Assembly: GCA_963766715.1 (NCBI GenBank)
Contig: CAVYBH010000015.1
Coordinates: 160,001 to 224,000, forward strand
Reading direction: 5' to 3'
DNA length: 64,000 nt
Source of the DNA: an uncultured delta proteobacterium
Lineage (GTDB): Bacteria; Myxococcota; Myxococcia; Myxococcales; Anaeromyxobacteraceae
Positions 9,201-21,054 of this stretch are shown in pieces (within the stretch, counting starts at the first letter, position 1; each line of letters starts with the position of its first letter). Below the pieces are notes generated by a model. It was given only the letters and a program-made list of their open reading frames with translations, made no database searches and was not told where the DNA came from. A program made the position numbers and the translations under genes.

Positions 9201-10546
9201 ATGCGGATCCCGGCTCGCCCCGTCCTGCCCTTCCTGGTCGCCGCCCTCCTCGCCGCAGCGTGCTCGGGAAACTCGCCGCCGGCCCCGAACGTCGCCATCG
9301 CCGGCTGGTCCTGGGACCCCGCGGAGGCCGCGGACCGGCCGCTGCCGGTGCTCTGGTGGAACTCCTCGCTCCCCCAGCCGCTCGAGCTCCTCCCCGGGAG
9401 CGACTGTGCGTCGGGGTCCGCCCACGGGATCGTGATCCTGGAGGGCGTGACCTCCCTGGCTGGCTACCAGGCCTTCTGCAGCGGGGCCGCCGCCCCCCGG
9501 ATGCGCCCGGTCGTCTGGACACGCGACACGGCCGGCGCCATCGTCGTCGCGGCGCTCCCGCTGCCCGAACGCACCTCGCAAGCCACCGCGCTGGCGGTGG
9601 ACGTGCGGACGAACTCGGCCGGCACGGTGGACGTGTTCGTCGGAGGCGCGGCGGGCGTCGACTCTCCCTTCCCCATGGTCTGGAAGAACGGCCTGCCTTC
9701 GCTCGTCGACCCGTCGACGGTGCTCCCCCCGGTCACGATTCCGGGATCGTGACCTCGATCGGCGCCGGCGAGAACTTCGTCGCCGCAGGCGGAGTCGCCC
9801 ATGTGACCGGGAGTTCACCCCCCGCCTACAGTGCCGTCGTCTGGATCCTCGACCCCGACTTCACCACGGTGATCCCGATCCCCCTCGACCTGCCCGAAGG
9901 GGTGACGAGCGCCGACTTCGGGGCTTCGGTCCCGATCGTGGTCACGGCGGAGTCCCTGGTGTTCGCGGCCGCCTCGATCGCCACCGGCCCCGGCCTCGAC
10001 AAGCCGGTGGTGTGGATGGACAACGCGATGGTCGAGCCGCTGGGGCTCGACTTCACGGTCGGTCCGTACGGAGTCCCCACCGGATTCCGGGAGCTGGTCG
10101 GGACGCCGTACCTGAGCGGCTTCCTGCGCTCGTCGGGCGGGCTCCCGGCGCCGGCCGTCTGGGCCGCGACCTCCCAGCAGGCCCTCTCCACGGTCGACCC
10201 GTCCCTCGGCCTGGGCGCGGGCGAGGCGATCGCCCTCCTCTACGAGCACGCCTACGTGGCCGGCGAGACCTACCGGGGCGGGGCCACGCCCGGTGCGCCC
10301 ATGGTCTCGGTGGCGGCCTGGTGGGACAACGGCTCGCGCCACGACCTGCAGGGGATCGTCGCGGCCGGCGCCGGTCCGGTCCTCTCGCAGCCCCTCTTCG
10401 GCTGGTGGCGCCTGCCCGGAACGCCGTTGACCGATCCGCCCAACTGGCCCTACCCGGGTGGCTTCGCCGAGATCGACGCCGCGCCGGCCCGCGTGGCGGC
10501 AGCCGGGTCGGCGGTGGCGAAGGCGATCCTGGTCTTCCCGAAGTAG
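9201..10546 (+). CDS. Hypothetical lipoprotein with repeated PxVW-type motifs (possible beta-propeller); frameshift near 9730
   Basis: MRIPARPVLPFLVAALLAAAC lipobox-like signal; coding frame switches from ORF 6534..9752 to ORF 9260..10546. Confidence 0.65.
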
Positions 10547-10554
10547 CGGGGCGC

Positions 10555-11920
10555 CTACTTCACCCAGACGGTCTTCACGTTGACGAAGGCGCGGATGCCC
10601 TCGAGCCCCAGCTCGCGGCCGTAGCCGGAGGTCTTCACGCCGCCGAAGGGCAGGCGCGGGTCGCTCTTCACGAGCCCGTTCACGAAGACGGCGCCGGCCT
10701 CGATGCGCGGGACGAGCCGCTCGATCTGGGCCTCGCTGCGGGTCCAGAGGGACGCCCCCAGCCCAAATTCGGGAGTCGTTGGCGATCTCCACCGCGTGGT
10801 CGGCCGAGTCGGCCCGGATGACCACCGCCACCGGCCCGAACAGCTCCTCCCGGGCCGCGACGTTGCTCGTCTTCACGTCGGCCAGGATCGAGACCGGGTA
10901 GAAGGCGCCCGGGCCGGGCGGCACCGTGCACCCCATCACCGGCCGCGCGCCCTCGGCGATGGCCTGCTTCACCTGCGCGTGCATCTCGTCGCGCAGGTCG
11001 GCGCGCGCCTGCGGACCGATGTCGGTGCCCGGCTGCATGGGGTCGCCCACCTTCACCGCCTGCATGGCCGCGGTGAACCTCGCCAGGAAGGCGTCGTACA
11101 CCGGCGCCTCGACGATGAAGCGCTTGGCGCAGATGCAGCTCTGGCCCGCGTTGATCGTGCGCGCCACCGCGCCCACCTTCGCCGCCTGGTCGAGGTCGGC
11201 GTCGGAGAGCACGATGAACGGGTCGGAGCCGCCCAGCTCCATGACCGAGGGCTTCAGGGCCTCTCCGGCGGCGGCGGCCACCGCCCGGCCCGCCGGCTCG
11301 CTCCCGGTGATCGTCGCCGCGGCGATGCGCGGGTCGAGGATGATTCCGCGGACCGGCTTCGACCCGACGAGCAGCGTGCGGAAGAGGTCGGGCGGGAAGC
11401 CGGCGTCGTGCATCAGCTTCTCGATGGCGAGGGCGCACTGGGGCACGTTGGAGGCGTGCTTGAGCAATCCCCCGTTTCCGGCCATGAGGTGCGGCGCGAT
11501 GAAGCGGAACACCTGCCAGTACGGGAAGTTCCAGGGCATCACCGCCAGGATCACCCCCAGCGGGTCGAAGCGGACGAAGGCCCGGCTCCCGTCGCTCGCC
11601 TCCGGGCGGGGCGAGAGGAACGCCTCGGCGTTCTCGGCGTAGTACTCGCAGACCCAGGCGCACTTCACGGCCTCGGCCGCCCCGTCCTTGAGGGGCTTGC
11701 CCATCTCCAGCGCCGCCAGCCGCCCCAGCTCCGGGGCCCGCTCGCGGAGCAGCGCCGCCACCTTTCGCATGGGCACGGCGCGCTCGGCGATGGGGACGCG
11801 CGCCCAGGCCTTCTGCGCCTTCACGGCCGCGTCGAGGATGCGATCGACCTCCGCCGGTCCCATCTCGGGAAAGGCGGCCAGCCGCTCGCCGGTGCTCGGA
11901 TTCAGGCTTTCGATGGCCAT
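10555..11920 (-). CDS. NAD(P)-dependent succinate-semialdehyde dehydrogenase (Sad/GabD1-type ALDH); frameshift near 10770
   Basis: [42 protein letters not shown]-terminus [15 protein letters not shown]...NVKTVWVK* in a second frame. Confidence 0.88.
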
Positions 11921-12042
11921 GGCGTCTCCTTGCCGGGGGCTGGCCAGGGATGGTCACACGGCGGCGGGGACCCGGCAACGCCCTTCTCGGCTCCCGGACG
12001 GCGACTGGCCCGGATGCGCCGCCTCCGTGTACCCTCGGCGGC

Positions 12043-12873
12043 ATGAAGGGCGGGAGGCAGGCCGGCGGGGAGGGGCGGACGCTCCGGGCGCGCGTCGCGG
12101 AGATCGTCTTCGGGCACGACACCTGGGCCGGCAAGGCCTTCGACGTCGCGCTCATCCTCGCCATCATCGGCAGCGTCTCGGTGGTCATGCTGGAGACCGT
12201 GGACTCGGTGCGCGAGGCCTACCTGCCCGCGCTGCGCGTCGCCGAGTGGGGCTTCACGATCCTCTTCACGATCGAGTACGCGGTCCGGCTCTGGTGCTCG
12301 CCCACCCCGCTCCGCTACGCGCGGAGCTTCTTCGGCGTCGTCGACCTGGTCTCGATCCTCCCCACCTACCTCAGCCTCTTCGCCTACGGCGCCCAGGCGC
12401 TCCTCACCGTCCGGTCGCTTCGGCTCATCCGGATCTTCCGGGTGCTCAAGCTCGGCCAGTACACCTCCGAGGCGAGCCAGCTCAGCCGGGCGCTCTCCCG
12501 CAGCCGGCAGAAGATCACGGTGTTCCTCGCGGTGGTCCTCACGCTCGTCCTCGTGCTGGGCTCGCTCATGTACCTCGTCGAGGGGCCGGAGAACGGCTTC
12601 ACGAGCATCCCGCGCGCCGTCTACTGGGCGATCGTCACCCTCACCACCGTCGGCTACGGCGACATCACGCCCCACACGGTGGGCGGCCAGCTGCTCGCGT
12701 CGCTGGTGATGATCCTGGGCTACGGCATCATCGCCGTGCCCACCGGCATCGTGACCGTCGAGCTGGGTCGATCGGCCTCCCCGGCGCTGGCCCGGGACTG
12801 CGGGCGCTGTGCGCTGCCCGGACACGACGCCGACGCGCGCTACTGCAAGCGCTGCGGCGAGCCGCTCCGCTGA
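12043..12873 (+). CDS. Ion transporter / voltage-gated potassium channel
   Basis: S4-like RSLRLIRIFRVLK; filter TTVGYGD; C-terminal CxxC...CxxC. Confidence 0.92.
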   Translation: MKGGRQAGGEGRTLRARVAEIVFGHDTWAGKAFDVALILAIIGSVSVVMLETVDSVREAYLPALRVAEWGFTILFTIEYAVRLWCSPTPLRYARSFFGVVDLVSILPTYLSLFAYGAQALLTVRSLRLIRIFRVLKLGQYTSEASQLSRALSRSRQKITVFLAVVLTLVLVLGSLMYLVEGPENGFTSIPRAVYWAIVTLTTVGYGDITPHTVGGQLLASLVMILGYGIIAVPTGIVTVELGRSASPALARDCGRCALPGHDADARYCKRCGEPLR

Positions 12874-13627
12874 CCCGGGCCGGGCCCGTCCCGGCGCAGC
12901 CGCTCCAGCACCGAGAGCAGCGTCGCCACGTCTCCCTGCCGCCCGAGGAAGAACGGGGCTGCGCTTCCCCGGCGCCGCCCCACCGAGACCCCCACGAGCG
13001 GGACCTGCCGACGGGCGCCGGAACACGTCCTCGTCGGTGGCGTCGTCGCCCACGAAGAGCACCCGCTCGAACCGGCCGCCGCGGGCCACCCGCGCCAGGG
13101 CCTCCCCCTTGTCGGGGGCGCCGCGGACGACCGCGTTCAGGACGCGCTTGCCCCCGACGATCCGGACGCCGGGCAGGTCGAGCAGGGCGCGCCACGCCGT
13201 GAGCCGCGCCGCCGCGCCCTGCACGTGCACGGCGAGCGAGAGCCCCTTGTCCTCGACGTCGATCCCGCCCGCCCCGGCCAGCTCGGCGTCGAGGCGCCGG
13301 CGCCACGCGCGCACCCGCCGCCACCACCCGGCGGCGCCCGGCAGCGGGCGGCGCCGCCTCCGCGCCGTGGTTCCCCACCACGGCGATCAGCTGGGCCCCG
13401 CCCAGGCGGGCCTGGACGTCGGGCCGGGAACGGCCGGAGATCACGGCGCAGGGCCAGCCGTCGGCCACGGCGCGGAGCAGCCGGACGGTGCGAGGCGACA
13501 GGCGGGCCCGGTCGCGCGAGGCCACGATGGGCGCGAGCGTGCCGTCGAAGTCGAAGGCGAGCAGCGTGCGGCACGCCGCCAGCTCCCGGAGCAGCGGCCG
13601 GGATCGCGCGGACAGGAGGTCTTTCAC
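12840..13627 (-). CDS. otsB: Trehalose-6-phosphate phosphatase (frameshifted)
   Basis: HAD motif AFDFDGTLAPI; ISGR; GNHGAE; EDKGLSLAVH; DKGEA; FVGDDATDEDVF; GTG start overlaps the otsA stop. Confidence 0.88.
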
Positions 13628-15871
13628 GGACCGTGCTCCACGCTCGCTCGATCGTCTCCCGCGAGCCGGGTGGTCAGCCGGTCTCGCCGGCGGAGCTTGG
13701 TGGCGTCGAGGAGCATGCGCCCGGCCCACCGGTACACGTTGAACTCGGCCACCAGGGTCCGCATGGACTGCATGCGCTCCTCCTGCTCGCTGGCGGGCAT
13801 CTCCAGCGCCGCGGCCAGGGCCGCGCTGGCCGCGTCCAGGTCGTACGGGTTCACGAGCAGGGCCTCGGTGAGCTCCCGGGCGGCGCCGGTGAAGCGGGAG
13901 AGCACGAGCACGCCCCGGAGGTCGTCGCGGGCGGAGACGAACTCCTTGGCGACCAGGTTCATGCCGTCGTGGAGGCTCGAGACGTAGCAGAGGTCGGCGG
14001 CCCGGTAGAGGCGGAAGACCTCGGGGCGGATCGTGATGGGCGTGGAGGAGGACGATCGGCCCCCGCCCGCGGCCCGCGAACCGCTCGTTGATGCGGGCGG
14101 TGATGCGCTCCACCTCCTCGCCGAGGAGGCGGTAGCGTTCGATGAGGGTGCGGCTCGGCGCCGCCACCTGGACGAACCAGAACCTCCCGCGCAGGTCGGG
14201 GCGGCGCTCCAGCAGCCGCTCGACCGCCAGGAGCCGCTCGGCGATTCCCTTGGTGTAGTCGAGCCGATCCACTCCCAGTCCGACGAGGGCGTCGGGGGGC
14301 AGCCCGAGCTCGGCCCGGACGTCCTTGCGGCACTCCGCCACCGACGGCGCCCGCTCCAGCCAGCGGCTGGGCCACTCCACCGAGATCGGATAGGCGCGCA
14401 CCAGGGTCTCTCGTCCGCCCACGACCACCGACTGGCGCTCGCGGTCGATGCGGGCCTCGAGCGTGCGGTCCACGGACTCGAGGAAGTTGTTGCAGTGGGC
14501 CTGCGTGTGGAAGCCGAGGATGCTCGATCCCAGCAGGCCCTCGAGCAGCTGCCGGTCCCAGGGGCAGATGGCGAAGCGCTCGGCGCTCGGCCAGGGGATG
14601 TGCCAGAAGGTGATGACGGTCGACCGGGGGACGCGGGCGTGGATCATCCGGGGGAGCAGGGCGAAGTGGTAGTCCTGGACCAGGACGATGGGGTCGGCCC
14701 CGTGGACCTCGTCGACGACCGCCTGCGCGAAGAGGCGGTTGGCCTGCTGGTAGTGGCTCCAGTCCCCGGCCCGGAACTCGGGGCGGGCGTCCGCCAGGTG
14801 GCACAGCGGCCAGAGCCCCTCGTTCGCGAACCCGTAGTAGTACCCGCGCTCCACTTCCGGCTCGAGCCAGACCCGCCGCAGCGTGTAGGACGCCTCGCCC
14901 GGAGGAACGAGCACCCGGTCGTGGCCGTCGACCACGTCGCGGTCGGCCGAGCCGCTGCCGTGCGCGATCCACGTGCCCGAGCAGGCCCGCATCACCGGCT
15001 CCAGCGCCGTGACGAGACCGCTCGCCGGGAACATGACCCGCACCAGGCCGTCCTCCCCGCGCACGTGCAGGTAGGGCTCGCGGTTCGCGACGGCGACGAC
15101 GCCCTCCCCTCCGAGGCTCCGCTCCAGCACCCGGCGAAGGCGCTCGGCCGACCACCGGCCGCCGACCGTCTCCTCCTCGGTCGCCAGCGAGGCGACCAGC
15201 TCGCGAACGTCGGCGAGCACCGGCCCGAAGTCCCGGTGGGACTCGGCTCCCCCCTTCCCGCTCAGGACGCCGGGGAGGAACTTGCGCAGCTCGGTGGCCC
15301 AGGAGCGCCGGGAGAACCGCGCCGTGAGGAGCGTGGCGACGGCGGCGGCGAATCCGACCAGGCCGAAGGCCAGGAACAGGGCCTGCCGGGTCGACGAGGC
15401 CCGCCGGTCGACGAAGGAGAGGTCGTGCACGAGGATCAGGTAACCCGTCACGCCGTCCGCGTTGGTCACCGGCTCGACGCTGACGTGGACGTCGCCGCCC
15501 TCCACCCTCACGTTCTCGTCGACCCCGTGGCGCAGGTCCTCCTCGCCGTCCTTCCTCTCCTCGCAGCGAGCCACGGCGGGAAGGACGCCGGCCGACGCGA
15601 GGGTCTGGAGGGCCCGATCGCAGACGGTGGCGGCGATCAGCCGCTCGTCCCGGACCAGGGCCTCGAGGAGGGCTCGCGTCCCCGCCCGGTTGGACCCGGC
15701 GATGTTCCGCGCCAGCGTCTCCTGGGAGCTCGAGATGACGAGCTGGGCGCGCGCCCTCAGATCCCGCTCGGCCCAGGAGCGGGCGCTCCGGGTGGCGACG
15801 GCCGAGGCCCCCCAGGCGATGAGCGCAAGGAGGACGAGCAGGGGTACGAGAAACCGGAAGGCGAATCGCAT
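13624..15871 (-). CDS. otsA: Trehalose-6-phosphate synthase with N-terminal two-TM/periplasmic extension; frameshift near 14025
   Basis: VANREPY, ASGLVTAL, YYYGFANEGLWPLCH, QDYHF, FWHIPWP, GVDRLDYTKGI, DGMNLVAKEFV; about 270 aa N-terminal extension with two hydrophobic helices. Confidence 0.9.
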
Positions 15872-15943
15872 GGCACCCCCTTCCCTGTCCGGCATATGTC
15901 GATGCGGGCGGGAAGGCTCCACAATCCGCCCGGAAAGACGACC

Positions 15944-17712
15944 ATGCGCCTCGATGATCTCGGGCTCATCGGCAACTGCCAGTACGCCGCGCTGGTGCAC
16001 CGGGACGGGACCGTGGCCTGGTGCTGTCTCCCCCGCTTCGACTCGGAGCCGGTCTTCGGCTCGCTGCTCGACGAGGCCGACGGGGGGCGCTTCCGGGTGG
16101 GACCGGCCTCGGGCGCGCCCGGCGTCCAGCGTTACCTCCCCAACACCAACGTGCTGGAGACGCTGTTCGACGACGGCACCGACGGGTTCCGCGTGATCGA
16201 CTTCGCTCCCCGCTTCGAGCAGCACGAGCGCTCCTTCCGGCCCACGCAGCTCTTCCGGGTGATCGAGCCGGTGCGCGGGCAGCCGCGCGTGCGCGTGACG
16301 TGCGACCCGCGGCTGGGGTGGAGCAAGGCGCGGCCCCAGGTCCTGCAGGGATCGAATCACCTCCGGTACGAGGGGTTCGAGTCCCAGCTCCGCCTCACCA
16401 CCGACGTCCCGCTCTCCTACCTGGCGACGTCCCAGCCCTTCGCGCTCACCGGGCGGCGCCACCTGGTGCTCTCCTGGGGCCAGCCCATCGAGGAGCCGCT
16501 CCAGCCCCTCACCGACCGCTTCCTGGGCGAGACGGAGCGCTACTGGCGACGCTGGGTGAAGGGCTGCACCGTGCCGGTCCACTTCCAGGACGAGGTCATC
16601 CGGTCCGCGCTGGCGCTCAAGCTCCACTGCTTCGAGGACACCGGCGCCATCGTCGCGGCCACCACCACCTCGATTCCCGAGTTCCCGGGGAGCGGCCGGA
16701 CCTGGGACTACCGGTACTGCTGGCTCCGCGACGCCTACCACGTGCTGGGCGCCTTCCACCTCCTGGGCCAGTTCGAGGAGCGGGAGCGCTTCATCCAGTG
16801 GCTCTTCGACGTGGCAGGAGGAAGCCCCGACCTGGACCTGGCGCCGCTCTACCGCATCGACGGCCGCGCCGACCTGGACGAGCGGATCGTTCCCGCCTGG
16901 CCGGGACACGGAGGGGACGGTCCGGTCCGCGTGGGGAATGGCGCGTTCCTCCAGCGCCAGAACGACATCTTCGGGGAGACGGCGCTCGCGCTGTCCCCCG
17001 TGTTCCTCGACGAGCGCTTCCAGGACGAGCAGTCACCGGCCACCCTGGGGCTCCTCACGCGGCTGACGCGGAAGGCCCTGGCCGTGGCCGGCACGCCGGA
17101 CGCCGGCATCTGGGAGGAGCGGGCCGAGGCCCGTCCCCGGACCTTCTCGAGCCTGATGAGCTGGGCGGCAGCCGACCGCGTCGCCGCCGTGCTGCGGACC
17201 CACCAGCCCGCGGGTGCCGCCGAGTTCGCCGACGGCGCCGAGCGAGTCCGGGACGAGATGATTCGCGAGGCCTGGAACGCCCAGGCGCGGCGCCTTCGCC
17301 TCGACCTACGGCGGCTCCGAGCTCGACGCCGCCATGCTGCAGATGGCGCCGCTCCGCTTCCTCCCGCCGGCCGATCCCCGCCTCGGCTCCACGGTCGACG
17401 CCGTCGCCGCGGGGCTGGGGCGGGAGGGCTGGATCTGGCGCTACTCCGGGCGACGACGGGCTGGGCATCCCGCAGGTGGCCTTCGTGCTCTGCACGTTCT
17501 GGCTGGTGGAGGCGCTCTCGGTGCTGGGACGGGCCAAGGAGGCCCGCCGCGTCCTCTCGCACGCGACCACCGCCCTGACCCCGCTCGGCCTGCTCTCCGA
17601 GGACTACGACCCGCGGGGCGAGCGCTGGGGCAACTTCCCCCAGGCGTACTCGCACGTGGGGCTCATCCGGGCGGCCTTCGCGGCCTCGCCGCCGTGGAGC
17701 GACGTGCTCTAG
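15944..17712 (+). CDS. Glycoside hydrolase family 15 (trehalase/glucoamylase-like); frameshifts near 17290 and 17445
   Basis: LIGNC..AAL, WCCLPRFDSEPVF, GAIVAATTTSIPE, WDYRYCWLRDA, GLLSEDYD..WGNFPQAYSHVGLI. Confidence 0.9.
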
Positions 17713-17790
17713 CGGGTGCGACCCGGCCGGATCGGGCCACCCCTCTCCGGGTCAGGCGCCGCGGCCGAACCGTTCTCCCAGGGTGAATAG

Positions 17791-17807
17791 CGGAAATTGA
17801 TTTTCCG
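17791..17807. promoter_or_regulatory. Inverted repeat CGGAAA-N5-TTTCCG, candidate regulator site
   Basis: Perfect 6-bp arms in an AT-richer intergenic stretch upstream of the diheme surface protein gene; factor unknown. Confidence 0.3.
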
Positions 17808-18073
17808 GCTGGCCTCATCCTTTTTTGGCCTCCGGATATCGCCCGGGAACCCTTTTTCTCCCGGCGGGACGCGAAGGGAATCGCTTGCTTGCGCGTGCAA
17901 TGACCTGCTTGCTCCACCTTCGGATCGAACCCGTTTCGCCGGTTGCGCTGGAGGCTGACGGATGGCAATCTCGTGCGCGCTCACGCGCTCGAAGGAACGC
18001 TCGAAGGGAGGTGGTGCTCCAGGGATTTCGGATTTCGGGGAGGGAGCGTCAACCCCAACCGATGGAGTCAGCC

Positions 18074-20872
18074 ATGACGAGCAGCACGCGCCGCGTCCTG
18101 TGGGCCCTTGCGCTTGCGGGTTTCGCGGCATCACCTCTCGAAGCACTCGCGTTCCCCACCTACTACGACTCCAACTGCGCGGCCTGCCACGGCACGACCA
18201 CGGCGGGCGGCGTCCAGACCTGCGCCGGCTGCCACGCCCATGGCACCCACCCGGACAGCTCGAAGAGCAGCCTGAACCTCACCGGGGCGACCTCCAAGGC
18301 CAGCTACGCGCCCGGCGAGACGGTGAGCGTGGTCATCAACGGCGGCTACCGGGCCGGCTGGGTCCGCGCCATCCTGTACGACCAGAACCTGCACGAGCTG
18401 GCCAGGAGCACCGGGGCGGTGAAGCCCGGCTTCTCGGCCCCCTGCTGCGGCTCCGGCTTCCCCATCACGCTCACGGCCCCTGCGCCCACGACGCCGGGCA
18501 CCTACACCTGGTGGGTGGCCTGGTACGGCAACCAGTTCGACGCCGGAGGCGCCTTCTTCGGGCCCAACTTCGTCGCCTCGGCCAACGCCGGCCACGGCGA
18601 GGAGCGCGTACAGACCAACTCGTTCACCGTGGTGGCGGCCGCCAACCCGGTCATCGCGCTCGCTCCGCCCGCGCTCGCCTTCGGGTCGGTGAACGTCGGC
18701 TCGGCCTCTTCCCTGACCACGTCGATCCAGAACAACGGCACGGCCGCCCTCACGGTCTCGTCGATCGCCCTCTGCGCCGGGACGGTGACCGAGTTCAGCT
18801 GGTCCCCTGCCGCCCCCATCAACGTGCCCGCCGGGGGGAGCGCCACGCTGACCGTCACCTTCACGGCCGTGAACGCCGACACGGACTCCGGCTGCCTCGC
18901 GCTGCAAGAGCAACGACCCCGCCAACCCGACCACGAACCTCTCCGTCAGCGCCACGGGCGTAGCGCCGTCGGCCCCGACCATCGCGCTCTCCCCCGCCTC
19001 GCTCTCCTTCGGGACGGTGACGGTGGGCGCCTCGGCCACGCTCCCGACCCAGGTGCAGGACACCGGCAGCGCGGCGCTCAACGTGACCTCGATCACCCCG
19101 TGCGCGGGGACGACAGGGGTCTTCACCTGGTCCCCGGCCGCACCCTTCACGGTCGCGGCGGGAGGCGCCACCACGCTCTCGGTGACCTACACGCCCACTG
19201 GCGCGGCCGGCGACTCGGGGTGCCTGGCGCTGGCGAGCAACGACGCGCTCCAGCCCACCGTCAACCTGACCCTGAGCGGCAATGGCGCGAACCCCTCGGC
19301 GGCGGCGATCGCCTTCTCGCCCGCCACCCTCGGGTTCGGCACCGTGGTCGTCGGCAACTCGAAGCAGCTTCCGGCCCAGGTCCAGAACGTCGGCACGGCC
19401 CCCCTCTCGGTGACCGCCATCGCGCGCCTGCAGCGGCACGAGCGGCGAGTTCACCTGGAGCCCGGCCGCCCCGTTCACCGTCGCGCCGGGACAGTCGACC
19501 GCGCTGACCGTCACCTACGCACCCACCGACGTCGACGCCGAGGTGGGCTGCCTCGCCGTGTCGAGCAACGACCCGGGGAAGCCGGTGGCGAACCTCGGGC
19601 TCACCGCGCAGGGCGCGGCGGCGCCGACCCCGTCGGTCGCCCTCCTCCCCGCAGCGCTCGACTTCGGAACCGTGCAGGTCGGCTCGCCGGCCTCGCTCGT
19701 TTCCCAGGTCCAGGACGTCGGAGGCGCCGAATCTCCACGTCTCGGCCATCGCAGCCTGCTCCGGCACCAGCGGCGAGTTCACCTGGAGCCCTCAGGCGCC
19801 CTTCATCGGTGGCCGCCGGCCAGGCCCAGGCGCTCACCGTGACGTACGCGCCCACCGACGCGGGTCCGGACAACGGCTGCCTCTCCCTCACCACCGATGA
19901 CCCCCTGAACGCCACCGTCACCCTGGGGCTCTCCGGGACCGGGAGCACCACTGCGGCCTTCCCCGCCATCGCCCTCGTCCCCGACGCGCTCGACTTCGGC
20001 ACGCGTGACCATCGGCGGATTGGCCCAGCGGACCTCCCAGGTGCAGAACACCGGCAATGCCCCGCTCGACGTCATGGGTATCGCCTCCTGCACCGGGACC
20101 AGCGCCGAGTTCACCTGAGTCTCCCGCCGCACCGTTCACCGTGGCGCCCGGGCCAGTCGGCCACCCTCACGGTCACCTACGCCCCCACGGACGCCGGGAC
20201 GGACACCGGGCTGCTTCACGATCGCGAGCAACGACCCGGCCAACGTCGACCGTCCAGCTGCAGCTGAACGGCACCGGGACTCCAGCCGGTCGTGGCCGGC
20301 GTCGACATCGACATCGACGAGCTGAAGGTGCCCGAGGAGGCCCGCGTCACCGTACGTCGATCACCCCGAGGCTGCACGCCAAGAACTCCGGGAAGGTGGA
20401 CGGCTCGGCTCCGGCTCGGCTCGTGGCCTCGCTCGCCGGGGTCCAGGTCTACGACCAGTCGATCACGGTCACGCTCCCGAAGGGCGAGGACGGCACCTTC
20501 CGGTTCCCGGCCTTCGCGGTCGCCGCGAACACCTCCGGCACGTTGCGCTGGACGGTGACCATCACCGACGACGATGCGGACGTCGACCAGGCCATGGCCC
20601 GGACCCGGATCGGAGAGGGCGACGACGACGGCCACGAGGGCGGGGGGGACGACTCCGGCGGAGGGTCGGCCTCGTCCGGATCCTCCGGCACGACCGGCCC
20701 CACCGGACCGACGGGCCCGACCGGGACGTCCCCGGACGCGACGACGACGAACGGCGGGTCGCTGAAGGCCTCGATGGGCGGCTGCAGCACCGGCGGCGCC
20801 GCGGCGCCGGGCCTGCTGCTCGCCCTCGCGGCCCTGCTCGCCGGCCGCAAGCCGTACCGCAGGAACCGGTAG
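18074..20872 (+). CDS. Secreted surface protein: two CxxCH heme motifs, five Ig-like (ASH/choice-of-anchor D-like) repeats, MYXO-CTERM-type anchor; several frameshifts
   Basis: Signal peptide MTSSTRRVLWALALAG..ALA; CAACH and CAGCH; repeats FG.V.VG..Q(N/D).G...L.V..I..C.GT..EFTWSP; tail MGGCSTGGAAAPGLLLALAALLAGRKPYRRNR. Confidence 0.8.
18648..20280 (+). repeat. Five tandem ~325-bp coding repeats (Ig-like domains, two conserved Cys each)
   Basis: Units start near 18650, 18975, 19300, 19630 and 19960; recurring ttcacctgg and agcaacgac segments. Confidence 0.8.
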
Positions 20873-20890
20873 CGCAGGACCAGGCGTGAC

Positions 20891-20936
20891 CCGCGCCGGA
20901 GGGGGCATCCCGCCCTCCCCGGCGCGGCTTCGTTTC
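20891..20936 (+). terminator. Intrinsic terminator-like hairpin
   Basis: CCGCGCCGG...CCGGCGCGG stem followed by CTTCGTTTC just after the stop at 20872. Confidence 0.55.
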
Positions 20937-21054
20937 ATCCTCGTCACCCCGACCGATCCCGGGTACCCGAACGGCCCGTTTTGGGCTACAAGCGCCCCGA
21001 GCGCATCGGTAGAATTCGCGTCTTCGAAACATTTCTCCAAGAGGTGACGTCCAC

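Noticed and set aside
12728..16909. Apparent 1393 aa OtsA-OtsB fusion ORF
   Set aside because: Produced by the frameshift near 14025; otsA has its own C-terminus and stop at 13624 and otsB its own GTG start
18648..20280. Repeats as possible CRISPR array or mobile element
   Set aside because: Units are ~325-bp degenerate coding repeats with no spacers, cas genes or transposase
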